From the NCBI GenBank assembly GCA_964571235.1, contig CAZNAI010000003.1, positions 656,700 to 720,699 on the forward strand: 64,000 bases of DNA. Direction: 5' to 3'. The position numbers and the translations under genes were made by a program. The notes below the pieces were generated by a model. That model saw nothing but the letters and a program-made list of their open reading frames with translations. It was not told the DNA's origin and ran no database searches. How positions within the stretch are numbered: the first letter of the stretch is position 1; every line of letters starts with the position of its first letter. The stretch comes from an uncultured Ignavibacteriales bacterium. Its GTDB lineage: Bacteria; Zixibacteria; MSB-5A5; GN15; FEB-12. Below, one piece after another: positions 27,688-37,657 of the stretch.

Positions 27688-30432
27688 ATGACACAACGGC
27701 CGGCTGACCGGATGTACTGGGGAGGGGCGATCTTTGTTTGGCTGGGGTCGTTCATTGTCTACTGGCTGACTGTACAGCGCTCAATACCGTTCTGGGATTG
27801 CGGCGAGTTTATCGCCGCCGCGGCGTCCCTGGGAATTCCTCATCCGCCCGGAACTCCGCTCTTCATGTTGATAGGACGTGTCTTTTCAATCCTGCCAATT
27901 GTCGACGACATTTCTTTTCGCATCAATCTAATCTCGATCATTTCGTCGGCAACTACGGCAATGCTGGCTTACCTGATTACGTCGCGGATTATCCGGTACT
28001 TCTTTGCTGATCCGGACGAACTGCCGAACCGCATTGTGACTCTGGCCGGCGCCGTTGCCGGCGGGTTTTTTGTCGCCTTTGGCGCCACCAATTGGAGCAA
28101 CTCGGTCGAAGCCGAAGTGTATGGCATAGCCATGGCGCTTTCCATGCTGATTCTCTTGCTTTCGCTGAAGTATTACGAAGAACGGGGGAGCCAGAACAGG
28201 GTCAAGTATATGGTTCTGGCGATGTATCTGGCGATGCTCGGGGTAGGCATTCATATGACGGTCTTTCTGGTCGTTCCGACCTGTGCGCTGGTGTTCATGC
28301 TCAACGATGACGCTCCTCGCCGCGACTGGGTGGTAGTGAGCCTGTTCATGATCGCCGAACTGCTGTTGATCTTGCTCTTCTCGAATACGCAACCGGGAGT
28401 CAAGGGATTCTACACGGTTTCGTTTGTCCTTGGTCTGGCCGTGCTGGCGCTGATCTACCGGTCGATAAACTGGGGGAGAGCGATAGCGATTGTTTCTATC
28501 TGTACGGTGATGGTTGGATTTTCCGAGTTCATAACACTTGCCCTGCCGGTCGGCACGGGTATCCTGCTGTTGTTCGGGTATCTTTCGCGAACGGGGAAGA
28601 TCCAATTCGAGTGGCGTTCCGGAATAGCGATCATCCTTTTGGCGGTTATCGGATTCTCTGTTCATTTGTACATGCCGATTAGATCGTCACAAAACCCCCG
28701 TATAGATGAAAACATGACCTCGCGAGGGTACCGTCAGTTTGTCTATGCGCTTGACCGCAAGCAATACGGTCAGGTGTCGATGGTCGACCGGATGTTCCAG
28801 CGGCGCGGTGAGTGGGAAAATCAATTCGGCCGGCACGCCCACATGGGATTCTGGTCGTACTTCGAAGAACAGTATTCCGGGGCCGGATGGAAATTCGCGC
28901 CTTTTCTCGCTTTGGGATTACTGGGGCTTGGCGTGACGGCTCGCCGCAAAATGGAAATTGGATTGCCGCTGTTGACCTTGTTCTTGCTCAGCTCGGCGGG
29001 CCTGGTGCTATATATGAATTTCGCCGACGGCACCCGCTACAACTTTGACACTGGTGACGCGTATCTTGAAGTCCGCGACCGCGATTATTTCTTTACCCCG
29101 GCCTTTGTCGTATTCGGGATCGCCATCGGACTCGGAATTTCCGCGGCGCTGGCTTGGCTTTCGGAGCGATTGGGTCGCGACTCCGATTTGAAAAAGCGAA
29201 TCGCCTATGCCGGAATGGCGCTGGCGATATTGCCGTCGATTGCACTGGCCGACAACTGGAATGAAAACAACCGGCGCGACAACACGCTGGCGTACAACTA
29301 TGCCAAGAACCTTTTGGATTCATGTGACAAGGACGCCATTTTGTTTACGTCGGGGGATAACGACACCTTTCCGGTCTGGGCGCTCCAGGAGGCGTACGGC
29401 TACCGCAAGGATGTCAGAGTTGTCAATCTGTCGCTACTGAACACCGACTGGTATGTCGAGCAGATGAAATTCACATATAACGTCCCGATCTCGTTGACGC
29501 GCGAACAGATCCGCCATACCGTGTTCATGGAACAAAACGGCGAGGAGTATTCGCGTCCGGCGGAGAAATTCGTTGACCGGGCGCGCGGCCGCACGGCCTA
29601 CATGGTGCCGGTTGGGTATGACAATCGTATCCTGACGATTGCCAATATGCTGATGGACGATATCGTGCTGGAGAACCGCTGGAAACACCCGATATGTTTC
29701 AGTTCGCCGCCCTATGCCGAGTCGCCGCTTAGGTTACAGGAGCGGACTATCCAGACCGGCGTCGCTTATCGCCTTGATCGCGATACGTCGATGAACGCAA
29801 TCGATCTGGAGAAATCGGATTCGCTGTATCGGTCAGTGTATTCGTTCGGCCAATTGAACAGTTCAAGGGTCTATCGCGAAGAAAACGCCACCGGGCTTTT
29901 TATGGCCAGTGGGATGTTTTCCTCGCGGGTGTGCGATGGCTTTCTAGCCACCGGCGACACTGCTCGCGCAGTCCGATTGAATGACCATATGCGAAAAGTA
30001 TATCCGGAATATTGGCAGTCGTATCTGCAAATGGCGGAGATCTACACTGCCCAGGGGGACACCACTAAGATTACGCCTTTGTACAAGACGCTGTTGGACA
30101 CGTTGTCGGCCAATCTTAAAACTAATCCCAAGAACACTTACTATCTTCAGGATCGCGGGATGATTTCAATTGAGATTTTCAAACGGACAAAGGACTCGGC
30201 GCTCCTCAAATCCGGGACCGCCGACCTGATCGCCGCATTCGAAGAAAATCCCAACAGTGCCTATGCATTTCGCAAACTGGTGACTTCGCTGGGACAAGTG
30301 GGAAACTTTACCGCCATCCGATCAGCGGCCGAGCAGTACAGCCGGTACGGCGTGAATCTGGGTGATCCTCTACTAAATCAGATACTGGGGCGAAATCAGT
30401 CCTCTGCGCCCCAGCCGCGTCAGGAAATGTAG
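27688..30432 (+). CDS. DUF2723 (TMEM260-like, GT-C fold glycosyltransferase-like) membrane protein with C-terminal TPR
   Basis: 914 aa. N-terminal ...FWDCGEFIAAAASLGIPHPPGTPLF..., typical of DUF2723. About 11 TM segments, then a soluble helical C-terminus. Confidence 0.75.
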   Translation: MTQRPADRMYWGGAIFVWLGSFIVYWLTVQRSIPFWDCGEFIAAAASLGIPHPPGTPLFMLIGRVFSILPIVDDISFRINLISIISSATTAMLAYLITSRIIRYFFADPDELPNRIVTLAGAVAGGFFVAFGATNWSNSVEAEVYGIAMALSMLILLLSLKYYEERGSQNRVKYMVLAMYLAMLGVGIHMTVFLVVPTCALVFMLNDDAPRRDWVVVSLFMIAELLLILLFSNTQPGVKGFYTVSFVLGLAVLALIYRSINWGRAIAIVSICTVMVGFSEFITLALPVGTGILLLFGYLSRTGKIQFEWRSGIAIILLAVIGFSVHLYMPIRSSQNPRIDENMTSRGYRQFVYALDRKQYGQVSMVDRMFQRRGEWENQFGRHAHMGFWSYFEEQYSGAGWKFAPFLALGLLGLGVTARRKMEIGLPLLTLFLLSSAGLVLYMNFADGTRYNFDTGDAYLEVRDRDYFFTPAFVVFGIAIGLGISAALAWLSERLGRDSDLKKRIAYAGMALAILPSIALADNWNENNRRDNTLAYNYAKNLLDSCDKDAILFTSGDNDTFPVWALQEAYGYRKDVRVVNLSLLNTDWYVEQMKFTYNVPISLTREQIRHTVFMEQNGEEYSRPAEKFVDRARGRTAYMVPVGYDNRILTIANMLMDDIVLENRWKHPICFSSPPYAESPLRLQERTIQTGVAYRLDRDTSMNAIDLEKSDSLYRSVYSFGQLNSSRVYREENATGLFMASGMFSSRVCDGFLATGDTARAVRLNDHMRKVYPEYWQSYLQMAEIYTAQGDTTKITPLYKTLLDTLSANLKTNPKNTYYLQDRGMISIEIFKRTKDSALLKSGTADLIAAFEENPNSAYAFRKLVTSLGQVGNFTAIRSAAEQYSRYGVNLGDPLLNQILGRNQSSAPQPRQEM

Positions 30433-30443
30433 CTGAGGCCGGC

Positions 30444-30893
30444 CTATCCGATCAGCTTGTAGTCGGGGCGACGGCGGTATTGGCCGTTGACTCGCTCCAT
30501 CATCTGCTCGTCGACAAACTGAAGTCGTATCTGGCGGGAGTCGGCGTGAAAACGATTGATGATCCGGTCGACTTCGGCTTCTGAGTATGTTCGCTGAGGT
30601 TCAAACTGAGCGAGGATATAGTCGAGCAGGTCTTTTCGGCCGGCCCGACCGGCGATGATCTGCTCGGCCTGAGCGGTGACAGTCGCCAGTTTCTTGGCGC
30701 GAATGCTCCGATTTGAATTCTTCTCAAGCCACTGCGAGACCGCCTTTTCAGGGATTCGCCACTCTTTGCCGATTTTGTATGCCTCGATTTCACCCGCCTG
30801 GACTTTGCGGGTGAGAACCTGAACGTTCATCTTGAGTTTCTGGGCCAGTTCGGTGGTAGTAAAGAACTCAGTTTCCCTGATCATGTTTGTCAA
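30444..30893 (-). CDS. excisionase-family HTH plus DUF2087 domain protein
   Basis: N-terminal TTELAQKLKMNVQVLTRKVQAGEIEAYKIGKEWRI. C-terminal ...YSEAEVDRIINRFHADSRQIRLQFVDEQMMER... Confidence 0.65.
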   Translation of the reverse strand: MTNMIRETEFFTTTELAQKLKMNVQVLTRKVQAGEIEAYKIGKEWRIPEKAVSQWLEKNSNRSIRAKKLATVTAQAEQIIAGRAGRKDLLDYILAQFEPQRTYSEAEVDRIINRFHADSRQIRLQFVDEQMMERVNGQYRRRPDYKLIG

Positions 30894-31058
30894 TTCCTTG
30901 TGCCGGTATAGGATTCAAGTTCATCGGTGACGTCTGCCTATATATGCCCCTTACGAAAGTGATTCAACAAAATGTTTTCACAGAATTAATTTTCTTGGTC
31001 GACCGACAGGCGGGCAATACCTTGGAACCAGGCCGACCTGTGAAGGAGAAACGGAACC

Positions 31059-31952
31059 GTGACTATCTTTGTCTATATCGTCCTGTGTTTGATTTGGGGA
31101 TCGACCTGGATGGCGATCAAGCTTGGGCTTTCCGACGCCCCTCCGTTTTGGTCGGCGTCCGTGCGTTTCATGCTGGCAATTGCGATTCTGCTTGTGATCT
31201 TGCGCGTGCGGGGGACACGCCTATCCGCCCAAAAATCCGATTGGCTGGTCCACACCGGGCCGGGACTACTGATGTACGGCGTCAGCTACGGCTCTGTCTA
31301 TCTGGCGGAACAATTTATCAGTTCGTCACTGACCGCCGTGCTTTTCAGTACATTCCCTATATTCGTTGCGCTGATGTCACACTGGATTCTGCCGAGCGAT
31401 CGGTTGCGAGGATTGGCCTGGCCGGGAATGGTTATTGGTCTGGCCGGGGTGGTTGTCATATCGTGGCATTCGCTGGAGCTATCGGGTGATCTGTTTGCGG
31501 GGGCAATGCTTGGTGTGCTGGCGTCTTTGGCGTCGGCGACCGGTGTGGTCCTGCACCGACGGCACGCAGTGAAAGTCGACATTGTCGCCGCGGCGACGAT
31601 GCAAATGTCGCTCGGAATCCTGCTCTTGTTGGGCGGTGCACTCACTACCGAATCGATTGCCGATATGCGTTGGACTGCGGTATCGATTGGCTCGATTGTC
31701 TATCTGGCGGTCCTGGGAACAGTGATCGGATTTTTGGGATACTACTGGCTGATGACCCATATTAGCGTTGTGTCGGCGGCGATGATTGCTTTTGTCACGC
31801 CGCTGGTGGCGTCGCTGATCGGCGTGTTCTTCTTTGATGAATCATTTAGCGCACCGACAGCGGTCGGTGGCGCGATGATTCTCTTTTCGGTCGCTTTGGT
31901 TACCTGGTCACGCCGCACAGTCGCGCCGCCGCTCGTAGTCGCGGAGCCCTAA
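31059..31952 (+). CDS. EamA/DMT family transporter
   Basis: 297 aa, 10 TM segments. N-terminal IWGSTWMAIK is typical of EamA repeats. Confidence 0.8.
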   Translation: MTIFVYIVLCLIWGSTWMAIKLGLSDAPPFWSASVRFMLAIAILLVILRVRGTRLSAQKSDWLVHTGPGLLMYGVSYGSVYLAEQFISSSLTAVLFSTFPIFVALMSHWILPSDRLRGLAWPGMVIGLAGVVVISWHSLELSGDLFAGAMLGVLASLASATGVVLHRRHAVKVDIVAAATMQMSLGILLLLGGALTTESIADMRWTAVSIGSIVYLAVLGTVIGFLGYYWLMTHISVVSAAMIAFVTPLVASLIGVFFFDESFSAPTAVGGAMILFSVALVTWSRRTVAPPLVVAEP

Positions 31953-33883
31953 CGATCGATTCCAATGCCAATCTCGAATGGGTCGGGATTCTCCGGATGA
32001 TTCTTCGGACCTATCCAGCGTGTGGAATTAGAGGCATACTGTTCGTTATACGTGTCGTTCCCACCGCCGTCGATAAACAGACCGAAACAGTCGAGCAATG
32101 AACGCGGTCCCTGGTCACTCCCGTTGGCCCGGCCCAATGTTGTGCCGCTCTTAGAAATGTAGAGGTCATCGCCAATATGATCGTGGAAAATTCCCATCCC
32201 GTTGGCATTACCCCCGCCAAGCGAGAGATTGGGAACCGTGTACGAATCGTTGCCGGTGCGCTCATTGAGATAGCCGATACTGAAGTCATGCCCGGCTCCA
32301 TTCGCCATGTTCATCGTCGAAACATAGCTGTCGTTCCCGTCGAAATCGTCAAGATACCCAATAGCAAAATGCGCGGCCGATCCCTGCACATACCAGACGC
32401 CGTTGTAGGTGTCGTCTCCGGACAAATCATACAGCGATCCCACCGCAAACCAGTATCCGCACCCTTGCGCGAAAAGACCCGCTGAATACGAGTCGTTACC
32501 AGCAAGATCGGCGAGAATGCCTACTCCGCCCGCCCAACTGTGGCCGTCGATAAAGTCGGCGCGGCGTCCGAACCCGCACCCTTGCGCGAGTGAAGAATTG
32601 TGGTCTTTGGTTTGCGACGACGGGCTGAATAACTTGATGTCCTCGGCGACATATTTGTCATCGCCGGAGGCATTAACAAGCAAGCCGCATCCACGGGTGT
32701 AGCCGAATCCCTGAGCACTTGACCAGCAGTAAAGCGAGTCGTTGCCAGAGCTGTCGATCAACATCCCAATGCCGAAGACCCCGCACCCCTGGGTGAAATG
32801 CTTGCCGACATAGAGGTCCTTTCCGGCATGGTCCATTAAAATACCGGCGCCGAAAATCCCGCACCCGAGCGAGGCGTTGGCGGTTTGGTAGATGTCATCG
32901 CCTGATTTATCAATCAGAATATTAATTCCGATCACTCCGCCGGCGAACCCCTGAGTGGTGGAGTCCTCGTTGAGGTACTGGTCGTTGCCGGCGGCGTCAA
33001 CAATGATCGCATACGGCGAAGGGCCGAATCCGGTCGGGAACTTGTACAGGTCGTCCCCGCCGCCGTCCAGGATGAGCAGAGGGGCCTCAAGATACTCGTA
33101 CTTGTCGTTCCCCTTGGTCCCCACGACAATGAGTCCATGACGGGTCTTGATTTCAATCTTGTCGGTAGGGAACTGGCAGAGTGAAATAGAGTCGGCGGCG
33201 CGACGGGCGGCTTCGACGACATCTTCAATCCCGGCAGTCATCGCGCCAAAGTCAACCTGAGCGGCGAGCTGTTCGACAAACTCGCGGTCATCTTCTTTTT
33301 CAGTTAAGAAAAACTCCATGAGCCGACTTCTATTTTTTCCCTTTTCGATCTTGTCGACCGCTTTGGCAAAAGCAAAATCTTTATCATTAGCAATTTCCCA
33401 AATCAAATCAATTTTCCTGCGCAAGGCGGCATATTGGTCGCTGGTGAGCAAGTTTCGGGAGGTAGCCAGATCGACATGGCGGGCGGTATCCGAAAATTTT
33501 GTGTATTTCTCCAGCGGATCGCCGATCAAACCGCGCCGAACCGGCTGATCAATTTTGCGGGCGCAAAATGCAGTTAGCGCGGTGATATTGGAAATATCAG
33601 TTTCGATTTGAGTGACATTAAGGTCGGCGTATTTGGGGAGCTTGAAGGGGTTTTTGTGGAGCATAGTGAAGTACGAAAGTCGCCATGCGTCGCCCCCCCA
33701 TCCGGCCATTTCGTCCTGGTCGAATCTGAATTGGTCGCGAGTCATGCCGACCTGCGAAAGAGCCGAATCGATCAGTTCGGCTTGCTGTAGACCGTCCTCG
33801 CGAGCCGGTATCGATTGTCCCTCTGCCGAGGTAACCAAAGCCAGCAGAGTAGTTAAGCAAAGAGCGTATCGCAACACCGTCAC
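31949..33883 (-). CDS. secreted protein with about 12 tandem G-[ND]-D-x-Y repeats (predicted solenoid)
   Basis: 644 aa with a signal peptide. The C-terminal ~360 aa show a 22-25-aa period, for example GGGDDLYKF, AGNDQYLN, SGDDIYQT, AGKDLYVG and SGDDKYVA. Confidence 0.75.
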   Translation of the reverse strand: MTVLRYALCLTTLLALVTSAEGQSIPAREDGLQQAELIDSALSQVGMTRDQFRFDQDEMAGWGGDAWRLSYFTMLHKNPFKLPKYADLNVTQIETDISNITALTAFCARKIDQPVRRGLIGDPLEKYTKFSDTARHVDLATSRNLLTSDQYAALRRKIDLIWEIANDKDFAFAKAVDKIEKGKNRSRLMEFFLTEKEDDREFVEQLAAQVDFGAMTAGIEDVVEAARRAADSISLCQFPTDKIEIKTRHGLIVVGTKGNDKYEYLEAPLLILDGGGDDLYKFPTGFGPSPYAIIVDAAGNDQYLNEDSTTQGFAGGVIGINILIDKSGDDIYQTANASLGCGIFGAGILMDHAGKDLYVGKHFTQGCGVFGIGMLIDSSGNDSLYCWSSAQGFGYTRGCGLLVNASGDDKYVAEDIKLFSPSSQTKDHNSSLAQGCGFGRRADFIDGHSWAGGVGILADLAGNDSYSAGLFAQGCGYWFAVGSLYDLSGDDTYNGVWYVQGSAAHFAIGYLDDFDGNDSYVSTMNMANGAGHDFSIGYLNERTGNDSYTVPNLSLGGGNANGMGIFHDHIGDDLYISKSGTTLGRANGSDQGPRSLLDCFGLFIDGGGNDTYNEQYASNSTRWIGPKNHPENPDPFEIGIGIDR

Positions 33884-34395
33884 TTATCCTCCTTGTATTC
33901 GCTTTCCAGAAGCGAATAGCACAACAAGTCCACAAATTCGCCATTGATCACCAAAGACTCCCGCATGGTCCCTTCGTGCCGGAAGTTCATCCCGCCGACC
34001 AGTTTCTCCGACCTGAGATTGCCGCGACAAACGGCGACAAACACACGGTGCATCTTGAGCACTTTGAAGGCGTGCTGTAGCATCTCGTTGAGCACAGCGC
34101 GGCCGACCCCTGTGCCCCAAAGACCGGGGACGCCGACCACCACCGCCAATTCGCATTTGCGGTTTTTCTCGTCGATCGATTCGATAGCGGCGTACCCAAC
34201 CGATACATCATTTGCCAGGATCAGCTTGAGCCACGTTTTGGGGTTTTCACGCAGACGCTCAAACCACGCGGTGATCTCAGGTTTGGTTTTCAGACGATTG
34301 GACAGGTATTCATTGACGATTGGGCTATTGCGCCACATCAGGACAAGGTCAAGATCGTCAGCCACCAGATCGCGTAGAGATACCATAGATACCAC
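33880..34395 (-). CDS. GNAT family N-acetyltransferase
   Basis: 171 aa. Acetyl-CoA-binding-like sequence VVVGVPGLWGTGVGRAVL. Translationally coupled to the upstream repeat protein. Confidence 0.8.
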   Translation of the reverse strand: MVSMVSLRDLVADDLDLVLMWRNSPIVNEYLSNRLKTKPEITAWFERLRENPKTWLKLILANDVSVGYAAIESIDEKNRKCELAVVVGVPGLWGTGVGRAVLNEMLQHAFKVLKMHRVFVAVCRGNLRSEKLVGGMNFRHEGTMRESLVINGEFVDLLCYSLLESEYKEDK

Positions 34396-34448
34396 ATAAG
34401 ATAGTTAGACGGGAACGTCAGGACAGCTAAAAGTGAGGCATCTTACAG

Positions 34449-34494
34449 TTGCACCGATAGCAGAAACAGGATATATTATGTGAAATTTGTCACA
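34449..34494 (+). promoter_or_regulatory. glnA promoter candidate with a CRP/FNR-type palindrome over the predicted start site
   Basis: TTGCAC (34449-34454), 17-nt spacer, TATATT (34472-34477). Perfect TGTGA-aatttg-TCACA at 34479-34494. Confidence 0.45.
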
Positions 34495-34521
34495 AGATAG
34501 TCAGTTGAGAAGGAGTGACCG

Positions 34522-35934
34522 GTGAATCTGGACAAAGTGGCTCAGTTGAGTAAACAGATTTCCGCTGAGTTTATCGATCTGAAATTTTCCGACCTGATCG
34601 GATTTTGGCACCACATCACAATTCCGGCGAGTGCGCTTGGTCCTGAACTATTCGAAAACGGGGTTGGTATCGACGGTTCTTCTTTGCCCGGCTACTCATC
34701 AATCGAGCGCGGCGACATGATCTTACGCCCCGATCCTGAGACTGCGTTTGTCGATCCGTTCTTGGATCGCCCGACAATCTCAATGCTCGGCGATATTATG
34801 GAAAGCCACGACACCGTGGCTCCGTACTCGCGCAACCCGCGCCGCGTGGCGGCTGATGCCGAGCGGGCGCTGGCCAAGCTGGTCCCCAACTCGACAGCAA
34901 TCCTTGGCCCCGAATTCGAATTCTACGTCTTTGACAAAGTGAATTATTTTCAGGGACCGCAGGCGGCATTCTATCAACTCGAATCAGCCGAGGCGGCCTG
35001 GGACCCCTCGCACGACGACGAGAATCTCGGCTACAAAATTCCATATAAGGGCGGCTACCATGCCGCGCCACCGCGCGACCGTTCGGCCAATCTTCGGTCG
35101 CAAATTTCAGCAATGCTGGCCGAGGTTGGCGTTGGGCTCAAGTACCATCACCACGAAGTGGGCGGCGCCGGACAGCACGAAATCGAAATCAAATTTCAGA
35201 CACTACTCAAAGTCGCCGATCAGGCGATGTTGGTCAAATACTTTGTCAAAAACCAGTGCCTGCGCGCGGGGAAAACCGCCACTTTTATGCCGAAGCCGCT
35301 TTTTAACGAGCCGGGATCGGGATTACATGTACACCAGTATCTGGCCGATAAGAACGGTTCGCTTTTTTGGGATCCAAAAGGACCCGGCCGAATGTCGCAA
35401 CTGGGGCTTTGGTACATCGGCGGCATACTCAAACATGTCGATGCAATCCTGGCCTTTAGTAATCCGTCGACCAATTCATTTAAGCGATTAGTCCCGGGAT
35501 TTGAAGCGCCGGTAGCGGGGACATACTCAGTTGCCAATCGCACCGCCTGCATTCGCATTCCGGGGTATCAGCGCGACCCGAAGACAATGCGCTTTGAATT
35601 CCGTCCCGGCGATGCCACGATGAATCCGTATTTGGGAATGGCGGCGATGCTGATGGCTGGGCTTGACGGTATCGCCAATAAGATCGATCCGGGACTCCCG
35701 CTCGATCGCAATTTGGATGATCTGTCGCCTTCAGAATTGGCTGGCATTCACCAATTGCCGCCGTCGCTGAATCGCGCCCTCGACGCCCTCGAAATCGACC
35801 ACGCCTTTTTACTGCGCGACGGTGTTTTCACTGAGGACCTGCTCGAAAACTGGATAAAGATCAAACGAAAAGAAGTGGCCGAGATTCGCGTCCGCCCTAC
35901 CCCGTACGAATTTGAGATGTATTACGATATGTGA
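34522..35934 (+). CDS. glnA: glutamine synthetase, type I
   Basis: 470 aa. GTG start after GAAGGAG. GS-I hallmarks ...HHHEVGGAGQHEI... and ...NPYLGMAAMLMAGLDGI... Confidence 0.92.
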   Translation: MNLDKVAQLSKQISAEFIDLKFSDLIGFWHHITIPASALGPELFENGVGIDGSSLPGYSSIERGDMILRPDPETAFVDPFLDRPTISMLGDIMESHDTVAPYSRNPRRVAADAERALAKLVPNSTAILGPEFEFYVFDKVNYFQGPQAAFYQLESAEAAWDPSHDDENLGYKIPYKGGYHAAPPRDRSANLRSQISAMLAEVGVGLKYHHHEVGGAGQHEIEIKFQTLLKVADQAMLVKYFVKNQCLRAGKTATFMPKPLFNEPGSGLHVHQYLADKNGSLFWDPKGPGRMSQLGLWYIGGILKHVDAILAFSNPSTNSFKRLVPGFEAPVAGTYSVANRTACIRIPGYQRDPKTMRFEFRPGDATMNPYLGMAAMLMAGLDGIANKIDPGLPLDRNLDDLSPSELAGIHQLPPSLNRALDALEIDHAFLLRDGVFTEDLLENWIKIKRKEVAEIRVRPTPYEFEMYYDM

Positions 35935-36039
35935 GGATTTGGTGGCCCACTGCTTGGGATGGGTTTTGCCTAATATGATCGGAAGTGCGCTGATCGCTGA
36001 TCCCAAAGCAAGGGGCTTGTTAAAAACGTCCCACGCGCC

Positions 36040-36160
36040 ATCGTTGGGAGGAGCGACGTCGTCGGCGCGACAAAGCAATCTCGTGTGATTGTTTTGACTT
36101 TGCCGGAAGAAGAGATCGCCTCGCTCCGCTCGCAACGACAGAGAGGCGGGTTTCTCATCT
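36040..36160. repeat. interspersed repeat modules (reverse orientation of modules also seen inside pth)
   Basis: ggcgcgacaaagcaatc is close to the reverse complement of ggattgcttcgtcgcgcc at 45219. cgcctcgctccgctcgcaacgacagagaggcg is close to ggcgctcctcgcaacgacagag at 61405. Confidence 0.65.
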
Positions 36161-36232
36161 ATCCCCAAGCTATCGCGTAAGAGACTTCGTGGCGCCGATC
36201 TATGACCCCACAGATATGGATTGCTCGGAAAG

Positions 36233-36679
36233 TCACTTCGGTTTTACTATCGGTGAATTGAGCGGGGCTCCCACGGCTATGTCACACCGATGGTTTGGCT
36301 GTCCGTGCGGTGGATTCATCCCCGGAGCAGTCGTGGTATTGGCCGTCTGGGCAGGGATATTCTGTTGCGGCGAATTTGGTAGCGCTTGTACAGTCCCCGG
36401 CGGTGAACTGAGCGGCGCTCCCACGGCTATATCACAACGATGGTTTGGCTGTCCGTGCGGTGGATTCATGCCCGGCGCGGTAGCTGATTCGACGGCAGTT
36501 TCATAAGGATTCATCACAGGGGAGGGCTGAACCGCAAGTGACTCAGACGATGCGGGGGCAGACTGTGTCATGCCGGCGTCGGACTCTGAACCCTTGCTCG
36601 CAGGGGTATCCGATGATTCCTTGCAGGCCATCGCAAAGACCATTAAGAGAATGAGAATCGTCAGGCTCATGCGCTTCAC
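36233..36679 (-). CDS. lipoprotein with duplicated NPPHGQPNHRCDIAVGAPL motif
   Basis: The GTG at 36679 lies 6 nt after AGGAGG. Lipobox in MKRMSLTILILLMVFAMAC. Two near-identical ~74-nt segments at 36252-36325 and 36402-36475. Confidence 0.7.
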   Translation of the reverse strand: MKRMSLTILILLMVFAMACKESSDTPASKGSESDAGMTQSAPASSESLAVQPSPVMNPYETAVESATAPGMNPPHGQPNHRCDIAVGAPLSSPPGTVQALPNSPQQNIPAQTANTTTAPGMNPPHGQPNHRCDIAVGAPLNSPIVKPK

Positions 36680-36895
36680 AAAAAACCTCCTGCTTTTGAT
36701 GGGTACACTTTTTGGGGGTCTCGAATCAAGGTAGGTGCAGTCGGCGGTTAAGTCAATCCAATGCTCTTTATTTATTCCCGAGGGGTCGTTCCCTCTTCTC
36801 ACTTTCGGGGTAATGCACCATTCGATGCGCAAAATGCAATCTCTCGACCCGAAAGTATCACTCCATTCGCTACCACTACTGCACTGCCAACGGAC

Positions 36896-37657
36896 TCACC
36901 CCTTCCGGTGCACCACCATTGCGCCGCCCTGATTGGTGGCGAGGATCGTCATCTGCGCGATCTGAACATGATCGGGACGGGAGGCGGCCCAGACAATAGC
37001 GTCGGCGACATCGTCACCCGATAGCGCCGTGATCCCCTGATAGACTTTGTCGGCTCGCTCCTTGTCGCCGGAAAAGCGGACGACTGAAAATTCAGTCTCG
37101 GCCAAACCCGGATCGATGGAAGTCACTCTAATTGGCGTGTCGACCAAATCCATCAGCATTCCGCGATTGAGGGCGTTGACCGCAAACTTAGAGGCGCAGT
37201 AGACATTCCCCATCGGATAGAGCTCGTGGCCGGCAATCGAGCCGATATTAATAATGTGGCCGCGGCCACGCTTGATCATCCCCGGCAGAATCGCGCGAGT
37301 CATCCAGAGAAGCCCCTTCACATTGGTATCGATCATCTCGCTCCAGGCAACGTGGTCGCCGTCCTGAATCTTTTCAAGCCCCCTCGCCAAGCCGGCGTTG
37401 TTGACTAAAATATCTACCGCCTGCCACTCGTCGGGGAGATGTTCGGCAACTCGGTTGACATCTTCCCGCTCGCGAACATCCAATCTCCGAACCAGACACG
37501 GGGTGTCGAGACGTTCGGCCAGTTTGTGCAGACGGTCCTCGCGGCGGGCGGTCAGGATCAGGCGGGCGCCCTCGCGGGCGAACCGCTCGGCGGTAGCCAT
37601 GCCGAACCCGGACGAAGCGCCGGTGATCAGAACGATCTTATCTTTGAAAGCAGTCAT
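36896..37657 (-). CDS. SDR family NAD(P)-dependent oxidoreductase
   Basis: 253 aa. TGASSGFG cofactor motif and YCASKFAV catalytic motif. Confidence 0.88.
   Translation of the reverse strand: MTAFKDKIVLITGASSGFGMATAERFAREGARLILTARREDRLHKLAERLDTPCLVRRLDVREREDVNRVAEHLPDEWQAVDILVNNAGLARGLEKIQDGDHVAWSEMIDTNVKGLLWMTRAILPGMIKRGRGHIINIGSIAGHELYPMGNVYCASKFAVNALNRGMLMDLVDTPIRVTSIDPGLAETEFSVVRFSGDKERADKVYQGITALSGDDVADAIVWAASRPDHVQIAQMTILATNQGGAMVVHRKG

Noticed and set aside
34456-34476. Sigma-54 promoter upstream of glnA (aGGCATcttacagTTGCA).
   Set aside because: The GG-to-GC spacing is 14 nt, not the invariant 12 nt of the TGGCAC-N5-TTGCA consensus.
36189-36506. 105-aa plus-strand ORF.
   Set aside because: It is antisense to the lipoprotein gene, which has a strong SD, a lipobox and the duplicated motif. 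The apparent internal repeat in this ORF is the mirror of that duplication.
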